This document shows, piece after piece, positions 12,290-24,509 of a stretch of 64,000 nt of DNA. The translations under genes and the position numbers were made by a program. Numbering within the stretch: the first letter of the stretch is position 1; each line of letters opens with the position of its first letter. The stretch is from assembly GCA_001606155.1 (NCBI GenBank), contig LODT01000035.1:420658-484657 (forward strand), in the 5' to 3' direction. The notes under the pieces are model-generated. The model did no database searches and was not told where the DNA came from. It saw only the letters and a program-made list of their open reading frames with translations. The stretch is from Tieghemostelium lacteum. Lineage: Eukaryota.

Positions 12290-12926
12290 ATGTCCAAATT
12301 TATTAAACTTTTAAAAGAGATGGTTACCCCATCTCACTCTATGGAATTCTTCCATAAACCAGCTTCAAACTCTTTAGCTGATATCACAGAGTGGAATGCT
12401 ACCAGAAAAGGCATTAAAAGAGGTAAGAGCAGAGAATTTATTGAGAATGATGAGTCTTTAGTAAATTTTACATGATTAGAGCGTGTATGTGATATAGAAT
12501 AATCACAAGTAAACACACTTACTGTAATCAGTAATATTACTGAGATTTGATTATAGGTTTTTCTGTAGAATGTATATTAATATACTACTAAATTATTACA
12601 GAGGATTTTGGTCATGAAGTATTAACAGGTGCTTTCGGAACTATTAAAGCCCCAACCACTGTCGAATCCATTTTCAGTGAAAGAATTGTTGGTTGTGAAG
12701 GAGGTAATGGCGAAGAAGTTTGTATTACATAATCACACCCAATCGATATCTTATCATTCTTATTCTTTACTAACTTTTCACTTTTTAACACAATAATAAT
12801 AATAAACAACAGCACGATATTCGTTACCACAAACTCACTGATCAAAAACCAATTATTTGTTTAGATTGTGGTCAAGCCTTCAAATTAAAGAAAATTAGCA
12901 AAGAAAATGAAGTTTTACAATATTAA
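12290..12926 (+). CDS. Cytochrome c oxidase subunit Vb-type (COX5B/yeast Cox4 family, zinc-binding), three exons: 12290..12422, 12602..12717, 12813..12926.
   Basis: Only exon 1 appears in the ORF track (12290..12475). A GTAAGA donor lies at 12423 and the ttattacAG acceptor ends at 12601 (phase 1). A GTTTGT donor lies at 12718 and the aacaacAG acceptor ends at 12812 (phase 0). The spliced product ...SERIVGCEGGNGEE/HDIRYHKLTDQKPIICLDCGQAFKLKK matches the COX5B motif KRIVGC...WLHKGEAQRCPSCGTHYKL with its Cys zinc ligands. About 121 aa in total. Confidence 0.7.
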
Positions 12927-13156
12927 ACTTAAAAGAAATGTTTATACGATAGTTTATATTTAAAATTTTCAATTACAATAAAATAGGGTACATATTATAT
13001 ACACACACACTGCAATATTACTAAAAACATAAGAACTCTGGTTTTAGTTTTTTTCATAAGAGATATCGATTTTACGTGCACATAAAAAAAATATCCATTG
13101 CTCTATTTATTTTTTTTAGATTAATTAATTGCTTACAAGATTGGGGTGATATATTT

Positions 13157-14049
13157 TATTGTGATTTAACATGATCTACTTTTTCAACTTTAACTAAACC
13201 ATCAATTAATTTATAGATATAAACGGTAATACTTGTTCCTTGAACATCCATCAATACAAAAGATGGAATGACATCACTGGGTAGTTATGAATAGAATGAG
13301 TTAGTATCAAAAATCCTTTTAAAATATAAATGAAGTTATATATGTGTGTGTGCATACTTTGAAATATTACTAAAAGAACCAGTAGCTGAACCAGGGTTAA
13401 TAAAAAGTTTACCATTTGATTCATAAACCTCTAATCTGTGAGTATGTCCAGTAATGAGGACATCGACATCCAATTGTCTTTGTAAAGCTGCTAATGATTC
13501 TTTATCACCCCATGGAACAATTTGGTGACCATGATTTAATCCAAATTTAAATTGACCAATAGTAACAATTTTAGTCTCTGGATAAGTTTGATTCTGTTTC
13601 ATTTCAAAATGATAATAAAATGATCAATATATAACTCAAATGTCTCTCTCATTAGTTAAAAAATATATATTATAACCTACTTCATCTAAATCACCTCTAA
13701 CTATATGTACATCACTTGTCAAAACTTTAAAGTAATCGTGTATCTCTTTGGATACAAGGTTTCCTGTACATAGAATATGTTGAATTTTTTCTTGGTACCT
13801 ATATATATATATATTTAAAATCATTTGTCATTAGATATGATATTCACATAATATTATCTTGTTTATAATGACTAAAATCCACATACTAATAGTTTTTTAA
13901 ATTCAATAGGAATACCATGAGATCTGTGTGGTACATGAACATCTCCAATTGCTATGATAAACTACAATACATTATATATACATTGGTTAGATTGCTATAT
14001 ATGATCAATAGGTTTTATAGGTAAAGTGTGGTTGACAACATACGACCAT
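13157..14049 (-). CDS. vps29: Vps29 (retromer subunit, metallophosphoesterase fold). Reconstructed exons on the minus strand: 14049..14044, 13961..13887, 13798..13681, 13593..13357 and a last exon ending with the stop at 13159..13157 (its acceptor lies near 13270).
   Basis: The translated exons give [27 protein letters not shown] / [39 protein letters not shown] / [78 protein letters not shown] / [40 protein letters not shown]. These are collinear with human VPS29 (MLVLVLGDLHIPHR...[11 protein letters not shown]...GHTHKFEAFE...[11 protein letters not shown]). One junction (13887 to 13798) has a splice-phase conflict, see findings. Confidence 0.85.
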
Positions 14050-14291
14050 TGTGTGCTTATATAAATTTGGCGATCAAGTTAAACCTAGGAAACAGATTTT
14101 TTTTAATTTTAAAAAAAAAAAAAAATAAAAAAAAATTCATTAGAAATTTATTACTAGTCCAATCATGATTTAAAATCTTTAATTAATAACTAAATCTTCA
14201 AATATAATTCATTTAATTTACATTTTAATAATATTTTAATTTTGATATGTTTTTTTTTTAAAATTTTTTTTATATTTTTCAAAGTTCACCA

Positions 14292-15866
14292 ATGAATAAA
14301 ACAGAAAAGAGAAAATATGATGAAATAAACGATAATAGTAATAATAATAATGGAGATAGTAATGGTGTATCTCATGATGATAAGAAATTAAAAACATCTC
14401 ATATGACAGAAACCATCAATGGTAATGGTAATGGTCATAGTTCGAATACCACAACTACTACTGCTAGTAAAGAAATAGACCCTCAAGAAAAGATTAGATT
14501 ATTAAAAGAACGTCTTGAAGCTAGAAAAGCAGAGTTAGCGAAACAAAAAGAATTATTGGAAAAACCTCCAACAACTACAACAACACAAACAACACCAGTT
14601 CCTACAGAACAAACTACAACTACAACTACAACCACAACTACAACTACATCAACAGCAGCAGTAAAAAAAGAAGTAAATGATAAACCAATACTTTTTGATC
14701 CAAGAATTAATGTTAGAAATATAAAGAGAATAAGATTGGATTCATTTACTTTTATAAAGCCAGGTAAATATAGTAAACTAGGTGATAAACTTAGAAATAA
14801 ACAAATTCAAGAGGATCTTGCTAAACAACAACAATTAATTAATAGTAGTGGTATTGGTGGTAACAGTGGAGAGCTAGAATTAAAAACCACTTTTATATCA
14901 CAACCAATGGTACCTGATATTGAATCTTGGGATAAGAAGATTGTATCACCTCAACAAGATGTACCTGATGACAAATTACTAGATTTTATATTAGACAACA
15001 GTAATAACAGTAAATTTGAAAATATGTTACATAAGTGTGATCAATGGTTATATGTATATCATCCAGTTCAGATACCATCTATTGAGAAGTTATTTGGACA
15101 TGTTGATGATGATCAAACTATTAAAACTAGACCTGATTTTTTGTTGTTAACTTCAGAACGAAAGAAAATAAAGAAAATAGAGAGAGCGAAGGCAAGAGAA
15201 GAAAAAGAAGAGAGAGTTTTAAATGGTCTAGAGAAACCTGAAGAGAATAGAGTTAGATTAAAGAATATAATGAAAGTAATGATGGATAAGGGTATTGCAG
15301 AGCCAACAGCTTTAATGGAAATTGTAAAAAATAAGACTCAAGAGAGACTAGATGAACAGATTAAACACAATCAAGAACATAAATTAACAAGTGAACAGAA
15401 AAAAGAGAAAATTGTAAACAAATTGATAGAAGACGGTCAAAATCAAATGTACTGCGTAATCTATAAACTCGTAGATTTATCACATCCGCTCTTTCGTTCT
15501 CGAATAACCATGTTTGCAAAAGATAACCTTGCAACAGGATGTCTGATATTTCACCCACTAATGAATTTAGTGGTTTTTGAGTCGGGTCGTAAAAGTTTAC
15601 AAAAATTCAAAAAATTGATGAACAGGATTAAATGGTCTGAACCACCACCTGTCAGATCCGAGGTAACTCCAAAACACGGGATTGAACAAATCCCTCCAGT
15701 TACTGACAGACAAAATGAATGTAAATTTGTTTGGGAAGGTCCCATTATAAAATCCAATTTCAAAGGTTTCATCTATGAAACTGCCCTAATGGAATCAAAA
15801 GCTAGAAAATTTCTTCAAGATCACCAAGTACCTCACTTTTGGGATATGGCAAAATATTTAGAATAA
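14292..15866 (+). CDS. U4/U6 snRNP protein Prp3 homolog (C-terminal PRP3 + DUF1115 region conserved; N-terminus low-complexity).
   Basis: 524-aa single ORF. The C-terminal 130 aa align to human PRPF3: YCVIYKLVDLSHPLFRSRI...LQKFKKLMNRIKWSE vs KFKRLMLHRIKWDE, and ECKFVWEGPIIKSNFKGF...ARKFLQDHQVPHFWDMA vs CVLVWEG...HYWDLA. Confidence 0.7.
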   Translation: MNKTEKRKYDEINDNSNNNNGDSNGVSHDDKKLKTSHMTETINGNGNGHSSNTTTTTASKEIDPQEKIRLLKERLEARKAELAKQKELLEKPPTTTTTQTTPVPTEQTTTTTTTTTTTTSTAAVKKEVNDKPILFDPRINVRNIKRIRLDSFTFIKPGKYSKLGDKLRNKQIQEDLAKQQQLINSSGIGGNSGELELKTTFISQPMVPDIESWDKKIVSPQQDVPDDKLLDFILDNSNNSKFENMLHKCDQWLYVYHPVQIPSIEKLFGHVDDDQTIKTRPDFLLLTSERKKIKKIERAKAREEKEERVLNGLEKPEENRVRLKNIMKVMMDKGIAEPTALMEIVKNKTQERLDEQIKHNQEHKLTSEQKKEKIVNKLIEDGQNQMYCVIYKLVDLSHPLFRSRITMFAKDNLATGCLIFHPLMNLVVFESGRKSLQKFKKLMNRIKWSEPPPVRSEVTPKHGIEQIPPVTDRQNECKFVWEGPIIKSNFKGFIYETALMESKARKFLQDHQVPHFWDMAKYLE

Positions 15867-16534
15867 TAATAAATTTCACACACAATGGGGTGATTACTAT
15901 AGAGATTCTCTAAAAAATACCCACATATTTTTCTTTGAATCAAACAGAAAAAAAGATTTTGAAAATCATCACTTTTAAATCAAAATCTGTTTGTCATTTT
16001 AAAATGGACATTTTACACCCAATGTTGGAGATTGGATATTTTTATTTGTTGTTCCAAATTTTCATAGCATTAGTTTTTAACATAAAGGTTACATATTTTA
16101 TAAAATTGCTTTTAATTAAAGACTTTTAACATTCAGAAAAGAAAAATTAAAATAGACAAGTGGTGTCGTGTTGTCATCAACATTATCCTAACTAATTTAC
16201 TGAATATATCCAATGAAAGAATAGATAAACTATAGTTCGCTATTAAGGGCTTTGAACCATTTCAAAATCTATCAGATATATAAATTTCATAAAAAATATA
16301 ATCACTATTAAGGTGATTTACGCGAAAGTATGAATAGTCACATCTGTTATTTTTTTCATTGCAATTAATTTATCAATCATTTTTCAAAAAAAAATTAAAA
16401 ATATCTGTAGAAATTGAAAATGGATAAATAAACAAATAAATTTAAGGCCTTCGTTTCATCGTTTCACCTCTTTTATTTTTAATTTAAAAAGGAGTTATAA
16501 CTAAATTTTTTTCACTCTTTATTCAAATTTATAA

Positions 16535-18404
16535 ATGAAATATTTTATAGTATTATTATTGGTTTTATATTGTGGTTATTATACTAATGCTGTGATAGGT
16601 GAACTAATCGATGTTCTCGGAAGTATAACAGATTTGTTATTAAAAAATTATGATTACGTTATTGTTGGTGGTGGCAGTAGTGGTTGTATATTAGCACTAA
16701 GATTATCAGCAGACTCTTCAAATAAAGTTTTATTGATTGAATCTGGTAGTAGATCAACTGGTTATTTTCATGGTCCTGATGTAATTGGTACTAAAGGAAC
16801 TTTAGATGGAACCACCAATACCTATACAGCTTCTGTAAATATCTAAAATTAAAATTAATTAATTTTCCCAAAAAAAAGATAATATTATTAACAAATATAT
16901 AAAAAATTAAATTTAATAGAGAAAATTAACAAAATATGAGGTACCTTTGTATTGGCAAAGTGCATCTATAACTGGAACTAAATGGAACTATGCACCATCA
17001 GGTATTCCAAAAATATTAGGTGGATCAGGTACACATAATGGAATGGTGTTTCAAAGGGGTGTTCAAGCTGATTATAATAATTGGGGTGTCACAGATTGGT
17101 CATGGACTGATGTAAAACCATATTTTGAAAAAGTTGAGAAGATTTTGGATTCTGATTTATCAGGAAGTGGTAATCATGGTCATAGTGGGTTAATTCAAGT
17201 TAAGGAAGTTGGACCATTTGATTCTGAGGGTACTAATTTCCTAACCTCTTGTGATAATGCTGGTTTACCTTTTAATAGTGACTTTAATTCAAATACTCGT
17301 GATGGATGTGGTTATTTCCAATTTAATATAAATTCAGATGGTGAAAGATCATCGCCTGTACAAGAGTATCTTGAAACCGCTTCAACTCGTTCAAATCTTG
17401 ATATTCTCATTGATGCCACTGTTGTTAAAGTTAATATTGAAATTGAGTTGCTAACTGGTAATAAAGTTGCAAAAGGTGTGCAATTCTTTAGAAATAACGA
17501 TCCAACTACTTTTTATAATGCCAAAGCTACTAAAGAGGTTATTCTCTCTGCTGGTGCTTTAAATAGTCCAAAGATACTCTTACAATCTGGTATTGGAAAC
17601 TCAACATATCTCTCAGGATATTCAAGTAGAATTCCAACAGTTTACAGTAACCTACCAGGAGTTGGAAAAAATCTTCAAAATCATTTCTTGGCATTTACAG
17701 TTTGGAACTACACTCAATGTCCAATTGATAGACCAACTTACTACAGTACATTTACACAAGATTTAGTATACTCAACTACTGGAACTGGTATACTATCAAC
17801 ACCAGGTTACTCAGTAGGCGCATGGCTTCGTCCAAACAGTTCCTATGCAGATGCTGAAAATGTCATGCTAGTTCTCCCTGCTACCATAGGTTCAGTAACT
17901 GCATTCCAGGCTATCACACTTGGAATTTCCATTAGCAACCCCGCACCTAATAGCCATTATCTTCAATTATCAGCATCTTTAGGTGCATCCTTATCAGCAT
18001 TCTATCAAAGCGCCCCAGTCATTTCATTCACACTTTTGAATCAAGCTGCTGATGTTGATACCCTTGTTAGAGGTATCAAAGAATCCAGAAGAATCATGTC
18101 ATATCCTCCAATGTCTACATTGGCAACTCCAGTCGTACCTGATGCTACTATAGATACTGACTTGGAATTGGCAACTTGGTTAAGCACAAATACACACCCA
18201 CATGACCATTGGGTAGGTACTGCTAAAATGGGATATTCAAATGATACCAACGCAGTGGTTGACAATCATCTCAGAGTCTTTGGAATCAAAAAACTTAGAG
18301 TTATAGATGCCAGCATTATGCCAAAACTTCCACATTCCCTAGTTCATGCAACTGTAATGATGATTGCTGAAAAAGGTGCCGATATTGTTTTAGCCGACAA
18401 CTAA
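16535..18404 (+). CDS. Secreted GMC-family FAD oxidoreductase (choline dehydrogenase / glucose oxidase-like). Exons 16535..16834 and about 16920..18404.
   Basis: Signal peptide [22 protein letters not shown] Rossmann motif [27 protein letters not shown] donor lies at 16835 and an aatAG acceptor ends at 16919 (an alternative AG ends at 16940). GMC signatures [18 protein letters not shown] and the C-terminal [13 protein letters not shown]....[22 protein letters not shown] are present. Confidence 0.8.
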
Positions 18405-18497
18405 TTCTCTTAAAATAAAATTTACATGTAAATTTCAAAATGTGTGTGTAAAAGGGGGTTCGTTTGATTTGATTAGTTTTTAAAAATCTTTACAGTA

Positions 18498-18520
18498 TTT
18501 TTTTTTTTTTTTTTTTTTTT
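18498..18520. promoter_or_regulatory. Poly-T tract (23 nt) in the 5' intergenic region of the MMSDH gene.
   Basis: Homopolymer read directly. Similar tracts lie at 20570..20595 upstream of FARAT and 53621..53640 upstream of PFKFB. Such T-runs are typical of dictyostelid promoters. Confidence 0.4.
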
Positions 18521-18565
18521 CCTTTTTACCTTTCATTCTTCTCTGTTTGAATAGTTATAACCTCC

Positions 18566-20350
18566 ATGATCTCCTCTATTAAAAATTCAGGTAAATTCTT
18601 AAACTTGGGAATTAGAAATTTCCACTCAAGTTCATCAAACTATGTAAATGTAGGATTTAATCATAGACATCAAATTTACCAAAATTTATAAATTTATATT
18701 AATTTTTAACTAAATTTCCCAACATTCAATTTCGAACGAAATTTCTGTACAGACTACTAAATTATTTATCAATGGTAAATTTGTTGAATCAAAGAGTAAG
18801 GAATGGGTTGAAGTTAAAAACCCAGCTACTCAAGAAGTTATTACCAAAGTTCCAATTTCAACAATGGACGAAATGAAAGCAGCTGTTGATGCAGCTGTTA
18901 AAGCTTTCCCAGCTTGGAGAGATACCTCTGTTTCTAACAGAGCTAGAATCATGCAAAATTACAGAGCTTTAATTATTAAGAATCAAGAAAAAATTGCAGA
19001 ATGTATCACTGAAGAACAAGGTAAAACTGTATGTACATTACACACATTTTGACAATACATATTATAAAAAAAATGTGAATTTAAGAAGAGGATTCTAACA
19101 ATGGTTTCTTTTTTAATTGAAAATAATAGTTACCAGATGCTCGTGGTGATTTATTCAGAGGTCTTGAGATTGTTGAACATTCATGTTCAGTTCCAAGTTT
19201 AATGATGGGTGAAACTGTTGAAAATGTTAGTAAAGATGTTGATATTTACTCTTATTTACAACCATTGGGTGTTTGTGCAGGTGTTGCTCCATTCAATTTC
19301 CCAGCAATGATTCCATTGTGGATGATTCCAATGGCTATTGCTACTGGTAATACATTTGTTCTTAAACCATCAGAAAGAGTACCAACTACCACTATGATAT
19401 TAGTTCAATTAGCTCAAGAAGCTGGTGTACCAGATGGTGTTGTTAATGTAATTCACGGTCAAAAGGATGCTGTCAACTTTATCTGTGACGATCCAAATAT
19501 CAAAGCAATTTCATTTGTAGGTTCAGATCAAGCTGGTAAACACATTCACGCTCGTGGTACTGCCAATGGTAAACGTGTACAATCTAATATGGCTGCCAAA
19601 AACCACGCTTGCATTCTTCCAGATGCCGCCAAAGAAAGAACTTTAGATGCCATGGCTGGTGCTGCCTTTGGTGCCTCTGGTCAACGTTGTATGGCTTTAT
19701 CCGCTGCCGTATTTGTTGGTGAGACTAAAGACTGGATCCCAGAACTCGTCCAAAGAGCAAAGAACTTAAAAATCACTGCTGGTAAGGAAGATGGTGCTGA
19801 TTTGGGTCCAGTCATTTCTCCAGAATCCAAAGAGAGAATTCACAGAATTATTCAATCTGCCATCGATGAAGGTGCTAAAGTCGTCTTGGATGGTCGTAAT
19901 CCAAAAGTACCACAACAATATGCTAAAGGTAACTTTGTAGGTCCAACCATTATCACTGGTGTCAAACCACACATGACCTGTTACAAAGAAGAAATCTTTG
20001 GTCCAGTTTTAGTATGTCTAGAATCTGAGAACCTAGATGATGCAATTACATTAATCAACAGTAACCCATATGGTAACGGTACTGCTATCTTCACTCAATC
20101 TGGTGCTGCCGCTAGAAAATTCCAACATTTAATTCAATCTACAAACTGTGGTATCAACATTCCAATCCCAGTACCACTCCCATTCTTCTCTTTCACTGGT
20201 TCTAAAGGTTCTTTCTTGGGTTCAAATCACTTCTACGGTAAAGAAGGTGTCAAATTCTTCACTCAAATTAAAACCATTACCTCAAGTTGGAAAGATGATG
20301 ATGTATCTGCTGGTGTTGCTACTCATATGCCAGTTTTAGGTAAACAATAA
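18566..20350 (+). CDS. Methylmalonate-semialdehyde dehydrogenase (ALDH6 family), mitochondrial. Exons 18566..18643, 18753..19028, 19130..20350.
   Basis: Exon 1 encodes the presequence [33 protein letters not shown] donor lies at 18644 and the ctgtacAG acceptor ends at 18752. A GTATGT donor lies at 19029 and an aatAG acceptor ends at 19129. The product [29 protein letters not shown]...[29 protein letters not shown]... is collinear with human ALDH6A1 to the C-terminus, including the catalytic Cys in GQRCMALS. A poly-T tract lies upstream at 18498-18520. Confidence 0.92.
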
Positions 20351-20563
20351 ATCTTTTAATAACATTGTTTGATATTTTCTTTAATATTTCGAGATTGATG
20401 CATTTAAGATTTCGTCATTAAATTAACTCACAGTTCCCAAAAAAAAAAACTCAAATTGTTAATAAATTTAAACATGTGTCTTCATCTTGTAAAATAGTAT
20501 AAAAAAAGGTATTGGTTGACGAATGCAATGTCGTTTTTGATATTTATAAAAAATCGAAAAAAC

Positions 20564-20595
<32 letters not shown>

Positions 20596-20697
20596 ATTAG
20601 AATCATCACTTTCTAAAATATCTTGTTTCTAAAGAGAACTAAAACTTTGTAATAACAATTATAATAATAATAATACTACTTTATTATTACTAAAAGA

Positions 20698-23600
20698 ATG
20701 GTTGTTATTTCAAATTATTATAATGGAAAACAAGTACTGATTACAGGATGTACAGGTTTTGTAGGTAAAGTTCTCTTAGAGAAGATGCTGAGAGATCTAC
20801 CAGGAATTAGTAAGATTTACTTGATCATTCGTGGTAATGCCAAAGAACGTTTTGAAGATGATATTCTAGGATCACGTATTTGGGATTTTTTAAAAGAGAA
20901 AATGGGTGGTCAAGATAAGTTCTTGGAGTACATAAGATCCAAAGTCATTCCATTGGCAGGTGATCTGTCAAAGACTGACATTGGATTATCTGCACAGGAT
21001 CTTCAAATGGTCATTGAAAATGTTCATATAAACATCCATTGTGCAGCATCCATTGATTTCCGTGAACGTCTTGATAAAGCTATTGAATCTAATCTCTATG
21101 GTTCATTGCACATGTTGGAACTCTCAAAGAAACTTAAAAACTGTTTAGGTTTTGTTCATTGCTCTACAGCATATGTAAACTCAAATAGAGAGGGTTGGTT
21201 AGATGAAGAACTACCAGTTTTGGATTTCAATCCAGAGGAGATGGTTGAACTCATTATGAAACAGGATATCAGAACACTAGAGAAAATCACTCCAAATCTT
21301 TTAGGTGCCTATCCAAATAGTTATACATTCACCAAAGCAATCACTGAGAGAATTCTAACTTTGAAACGTGGTGATATTCCAATGGCTTTTGTAAGACCAA
21401 CTATTGTTGGTGGTTCTCTAAAAGAACCAACCCCCGGTTGGGTTGATAGTGTTGCTGCTATCGGTGCTGTTATGCTCTATTGCGGTGTTGGTTTAGTTCA
21501 ATTCATGAAAGGTGATGCTAGAATGATTGCTGATATCGTTCCAGTTGATCTTGTGGCCAACTGTTTAATTGCAGCTGCCCCTTCCATTTCAAATCAAAAT
21601 ATTTTAAAAATTTATCAAGTATGTAAACACCCCCCTATTTTTAGATTTATTTAAAAATACATTTATTAATATTCCTAATTTTAAAAATAGTGTGGTACAA
21701 GTCACAGAAATCCAGTGCCATGGATAAGAATTTCACATTGGGTAACTGAATATTGGAGAAATCATACACCAAAGAAATCAATTGCCAAATCATCATTTAA
21801 TTTCCATACCAGTTCATTGATGTATGAAGCACATTTCTTTATGAAATATGGTATTCCATCAACAATATTATCATTGATGGCATTAATTACTGGTAATGAG
21901 GAGACAAAATATAAAGCAGAGTCATTTAAAAAAGTAATTAAAGCAGCACGTTTAATTTGTGATACATTTAAACATTTTACTGGTCATGAATGGGTATTCT
22001 CTGTATCCACTGTTGAAAAGGCTTTCCAAGAGATTTTCGATCAAGAAGACAGAAATATTTTCAATTGTGATGCCGCAGAGATTAATTGGCAATCCTATTT
22101 CCAATTTTTCTGTTATGGTTTGCATAAATATGTAATGAAAGAGGAAGGTGTACGTCCACCAACTGATCTTTTAAATACTAGTTTGATTACCAAATCCGAT
22201 ATAAATCAAAATGGTTTATTACAATGGATATTCGCTGATGTTTCATGGGCTTACACTAGTTACAGACATGTAACTCAAACTCCACTGCCACCAAGAGCAC
22301 CAGCTGAAATTCGTTCATTGGTTATGAACAGTCCACGTGTTCAAATGGCAATGGAGAAAGTCAGTAAAGAGGAAGGTGTACTTGTCAGTCACATTGAAAA
22401 ACGTGCTATCCAAATCATGGATAAAATGCAATCTAATCTCAATATAATTGTTGTTCGTGTTCTAGGTTGGTTCCTTAAAAAAGTTTGGAGAAAGATCTAT
22501 CATGGAATTCATGTTGATGAGAAAGGTATTGAACTGATTCGTGAAGCTATTCAGAAATCACCTGTTGTCTTGTTACCATCTCACCGTTCTTACATTGATT
22601 TCTTAATCATGTCTTACATCTTTTTTGAATATAACCTTCCATTACCACACATTGCAGCAGGTGAAGATTTCCTTGGAATTATAATCGTTCGTTGGTTCCT
22701 TAGAAATGCTGGTGCATTCTTCCTTAGACGTTCATTCCATGGTGATGCTTTATATTGGGCCATTTTCTCTGAATACGTTCAGAGACTTGTCATTGACAAT
22801 CAACCTGTTGAATTCTTTATTGAAGGAAAACGTTCAAGAGCTGGTAAATCTCTTTATCCAAAGATGGGTATGCTAGGTATGATTTGTACACCATTCTTTG
22901 AGAATAAAGTACCAGATGTTCATGTCGCCCCAATTGGTATCAGTTATGAAAAAGTCCTTGAAGGTGAACTCTATTCACAAGAGGTTATGGGTGAATCTAA
23001 AACTAAAGAATCATTCAATGGTCTTCTAAGAGCCAGTAAAGTTTTAAAAATGAATTTTGGTCGTATCAATGTTGTCTTCTCTCAACCAATTTCCATCAAG
23101 AAATACACTGCTGACAAGCAAAAAGAATTTGAAAAACAAATTAGCAATGCCAACAATAACAACACTGCATTTGATCCATTCCAAAACACCAATGATCGTA
23201 GACAAATTGTCTCAGATCTTGGGTTCCAAATCATTCAGGATCTTAACAAAAACACTATTATCACTACAACCAGTGTTGTTGCTACCATCATCTTGGCATT
23301 CCGTAAAGGTATCAACAGAGAGGAACTCAATCACAAAGTTGAATTCCTTCGTGAAGAGATATTTGCACGTGGTGGTGATGTTGCATTTGAAGGTCCTTCT
23401 GATCAATTAGTTGATCACTCTCTTAAACTCCTCTCCAATCTCATTACCCGTAGAAGAAATATGTATGAGCCAGCTGGAACTCAACAAGGTCTGACCAACA
23501 CCAACTACAAAAAGAATATTCTAGTTCTTTCCTATTACAGAAATCTTCTATTACATCTATTCCTTTGGGATGGTTTAGTATGTTGTGCTATCCTCTCCTA

Positions 23601-24384
23601 TGTCAACAGAAGATTTGAAAACTACGATCCAAATCACATTCATGAAGCTCAATCATTGAATAACCTCAACATCTCCAACGCCAGTGCCGGTCAAAGTAAC
23701 TCCAACAAAATGGATCAAGACAGACTTTTATCCGATGTTAAATTCCTTGCCAAGATTCTATCCAACGAATTTGTCTTCCAAGCTAAAGACATCACTGATA
23801 CATTCATCCTCAACCAAATTCATCGTATGACCAGTCGTGGTATCATCCAAAGAGAACAACAAGGTGACCAAATCCTCTACCAAATCAAATCAGAGACACA
23901 CGCCAACTTCTTGTCTAACCTCTTTTGGCCACTCATTGAGGGTTACAAAACTGGTTTGTTAACCTTATTCTCCATTCAACCTGAAATCTCAATGAAAAAG
24001 AATCTTTTCCTACAAAGAATGGGTTGGTTCTCTGAGAAGATGTTTGAAGAGGGTAAATTGAACTTCTTCGAATCCTGTTCAATGGAATTACTCAACAATT
24101 CCTTGTCTCTATTTGAACAAATGAAAATTATCATCAAAAAGAAACCAAACACTGAGGTTGTAGGTAAACGTACCACACAATCAAAGAAAAATGAAAAGAA
24201 ACCAAGAAGATCTGCCTCTAAACAAGAGACTGAAATTGAATATATTCAATTACTACCACCATATCAAGAAAAGGATGGTAAACTTAAAGATCTCGCTGAA
24301 AAATTATCTCATTTTAGAAAATCTCAACACTCTGATTTGAGAAAATCCGTTATTGAAGATTTTCCAATGCTCTCCAAATTATAG
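20698..24384 (+). CDS. Fatty acyl-CoA reductase fused to dihydroxyacetone-phosphate acyltransferase (FAR-DHAPAT fusion, 'FARAT'), peroxisomal (C-terminal SKL). Exons 20698..21618 and 21691..24384.
   Basis: The N-terminus has the FAR NAD-binding domain (VLITGCTGFVGKVLLEKM ... YPNSYTFTKAITE). A GTATGT donor lies at 21619 and an aaaatAG acceptor ends at 21690, joining KIYQ/CGTSHRNPVPW (FAR consensus YHCTSGSxNPxxW). The downstream half carries GPAT/DHAPAT block motifs (HRSYIDFLIMSYIF; FFIEGKRSRAGK; IAPIGISYEKV). The protein ends ...FPMLSKL, a PTS1 signal. Confidence 0.88.
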
Positions 24385-24509
24385 AAATCTTTTACACTAC
24401 ATAATAAAATATTGAATTCATATTAAATCTACGTTTTAAATTGAACATAAATCTTTAAAAAAAGTTGCTTCTCAAACATGTTTAATCTAAATATATTTAT
24501 ATATTAAAG

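Noticed and set aside
12334-12845. Minus-strand ORFs 12334..12516 and 12612..12845
   Set aside because: They overlap the exons and introns of the plus-strand COX5B gene and have no homology and AT-rich codon content. Antisense artefacts.
15935-16129. Intergenic ORFs in AT-rich spacers (15935..16129, 26517..26753, 36005..36256, 62229..62423, 63448..63681)
   Set aside because: Ile/Leu/Phe/Lys/Asn-rich products of AT-rich sequence, no start context or homology, lying in promoter/terminator spacers.
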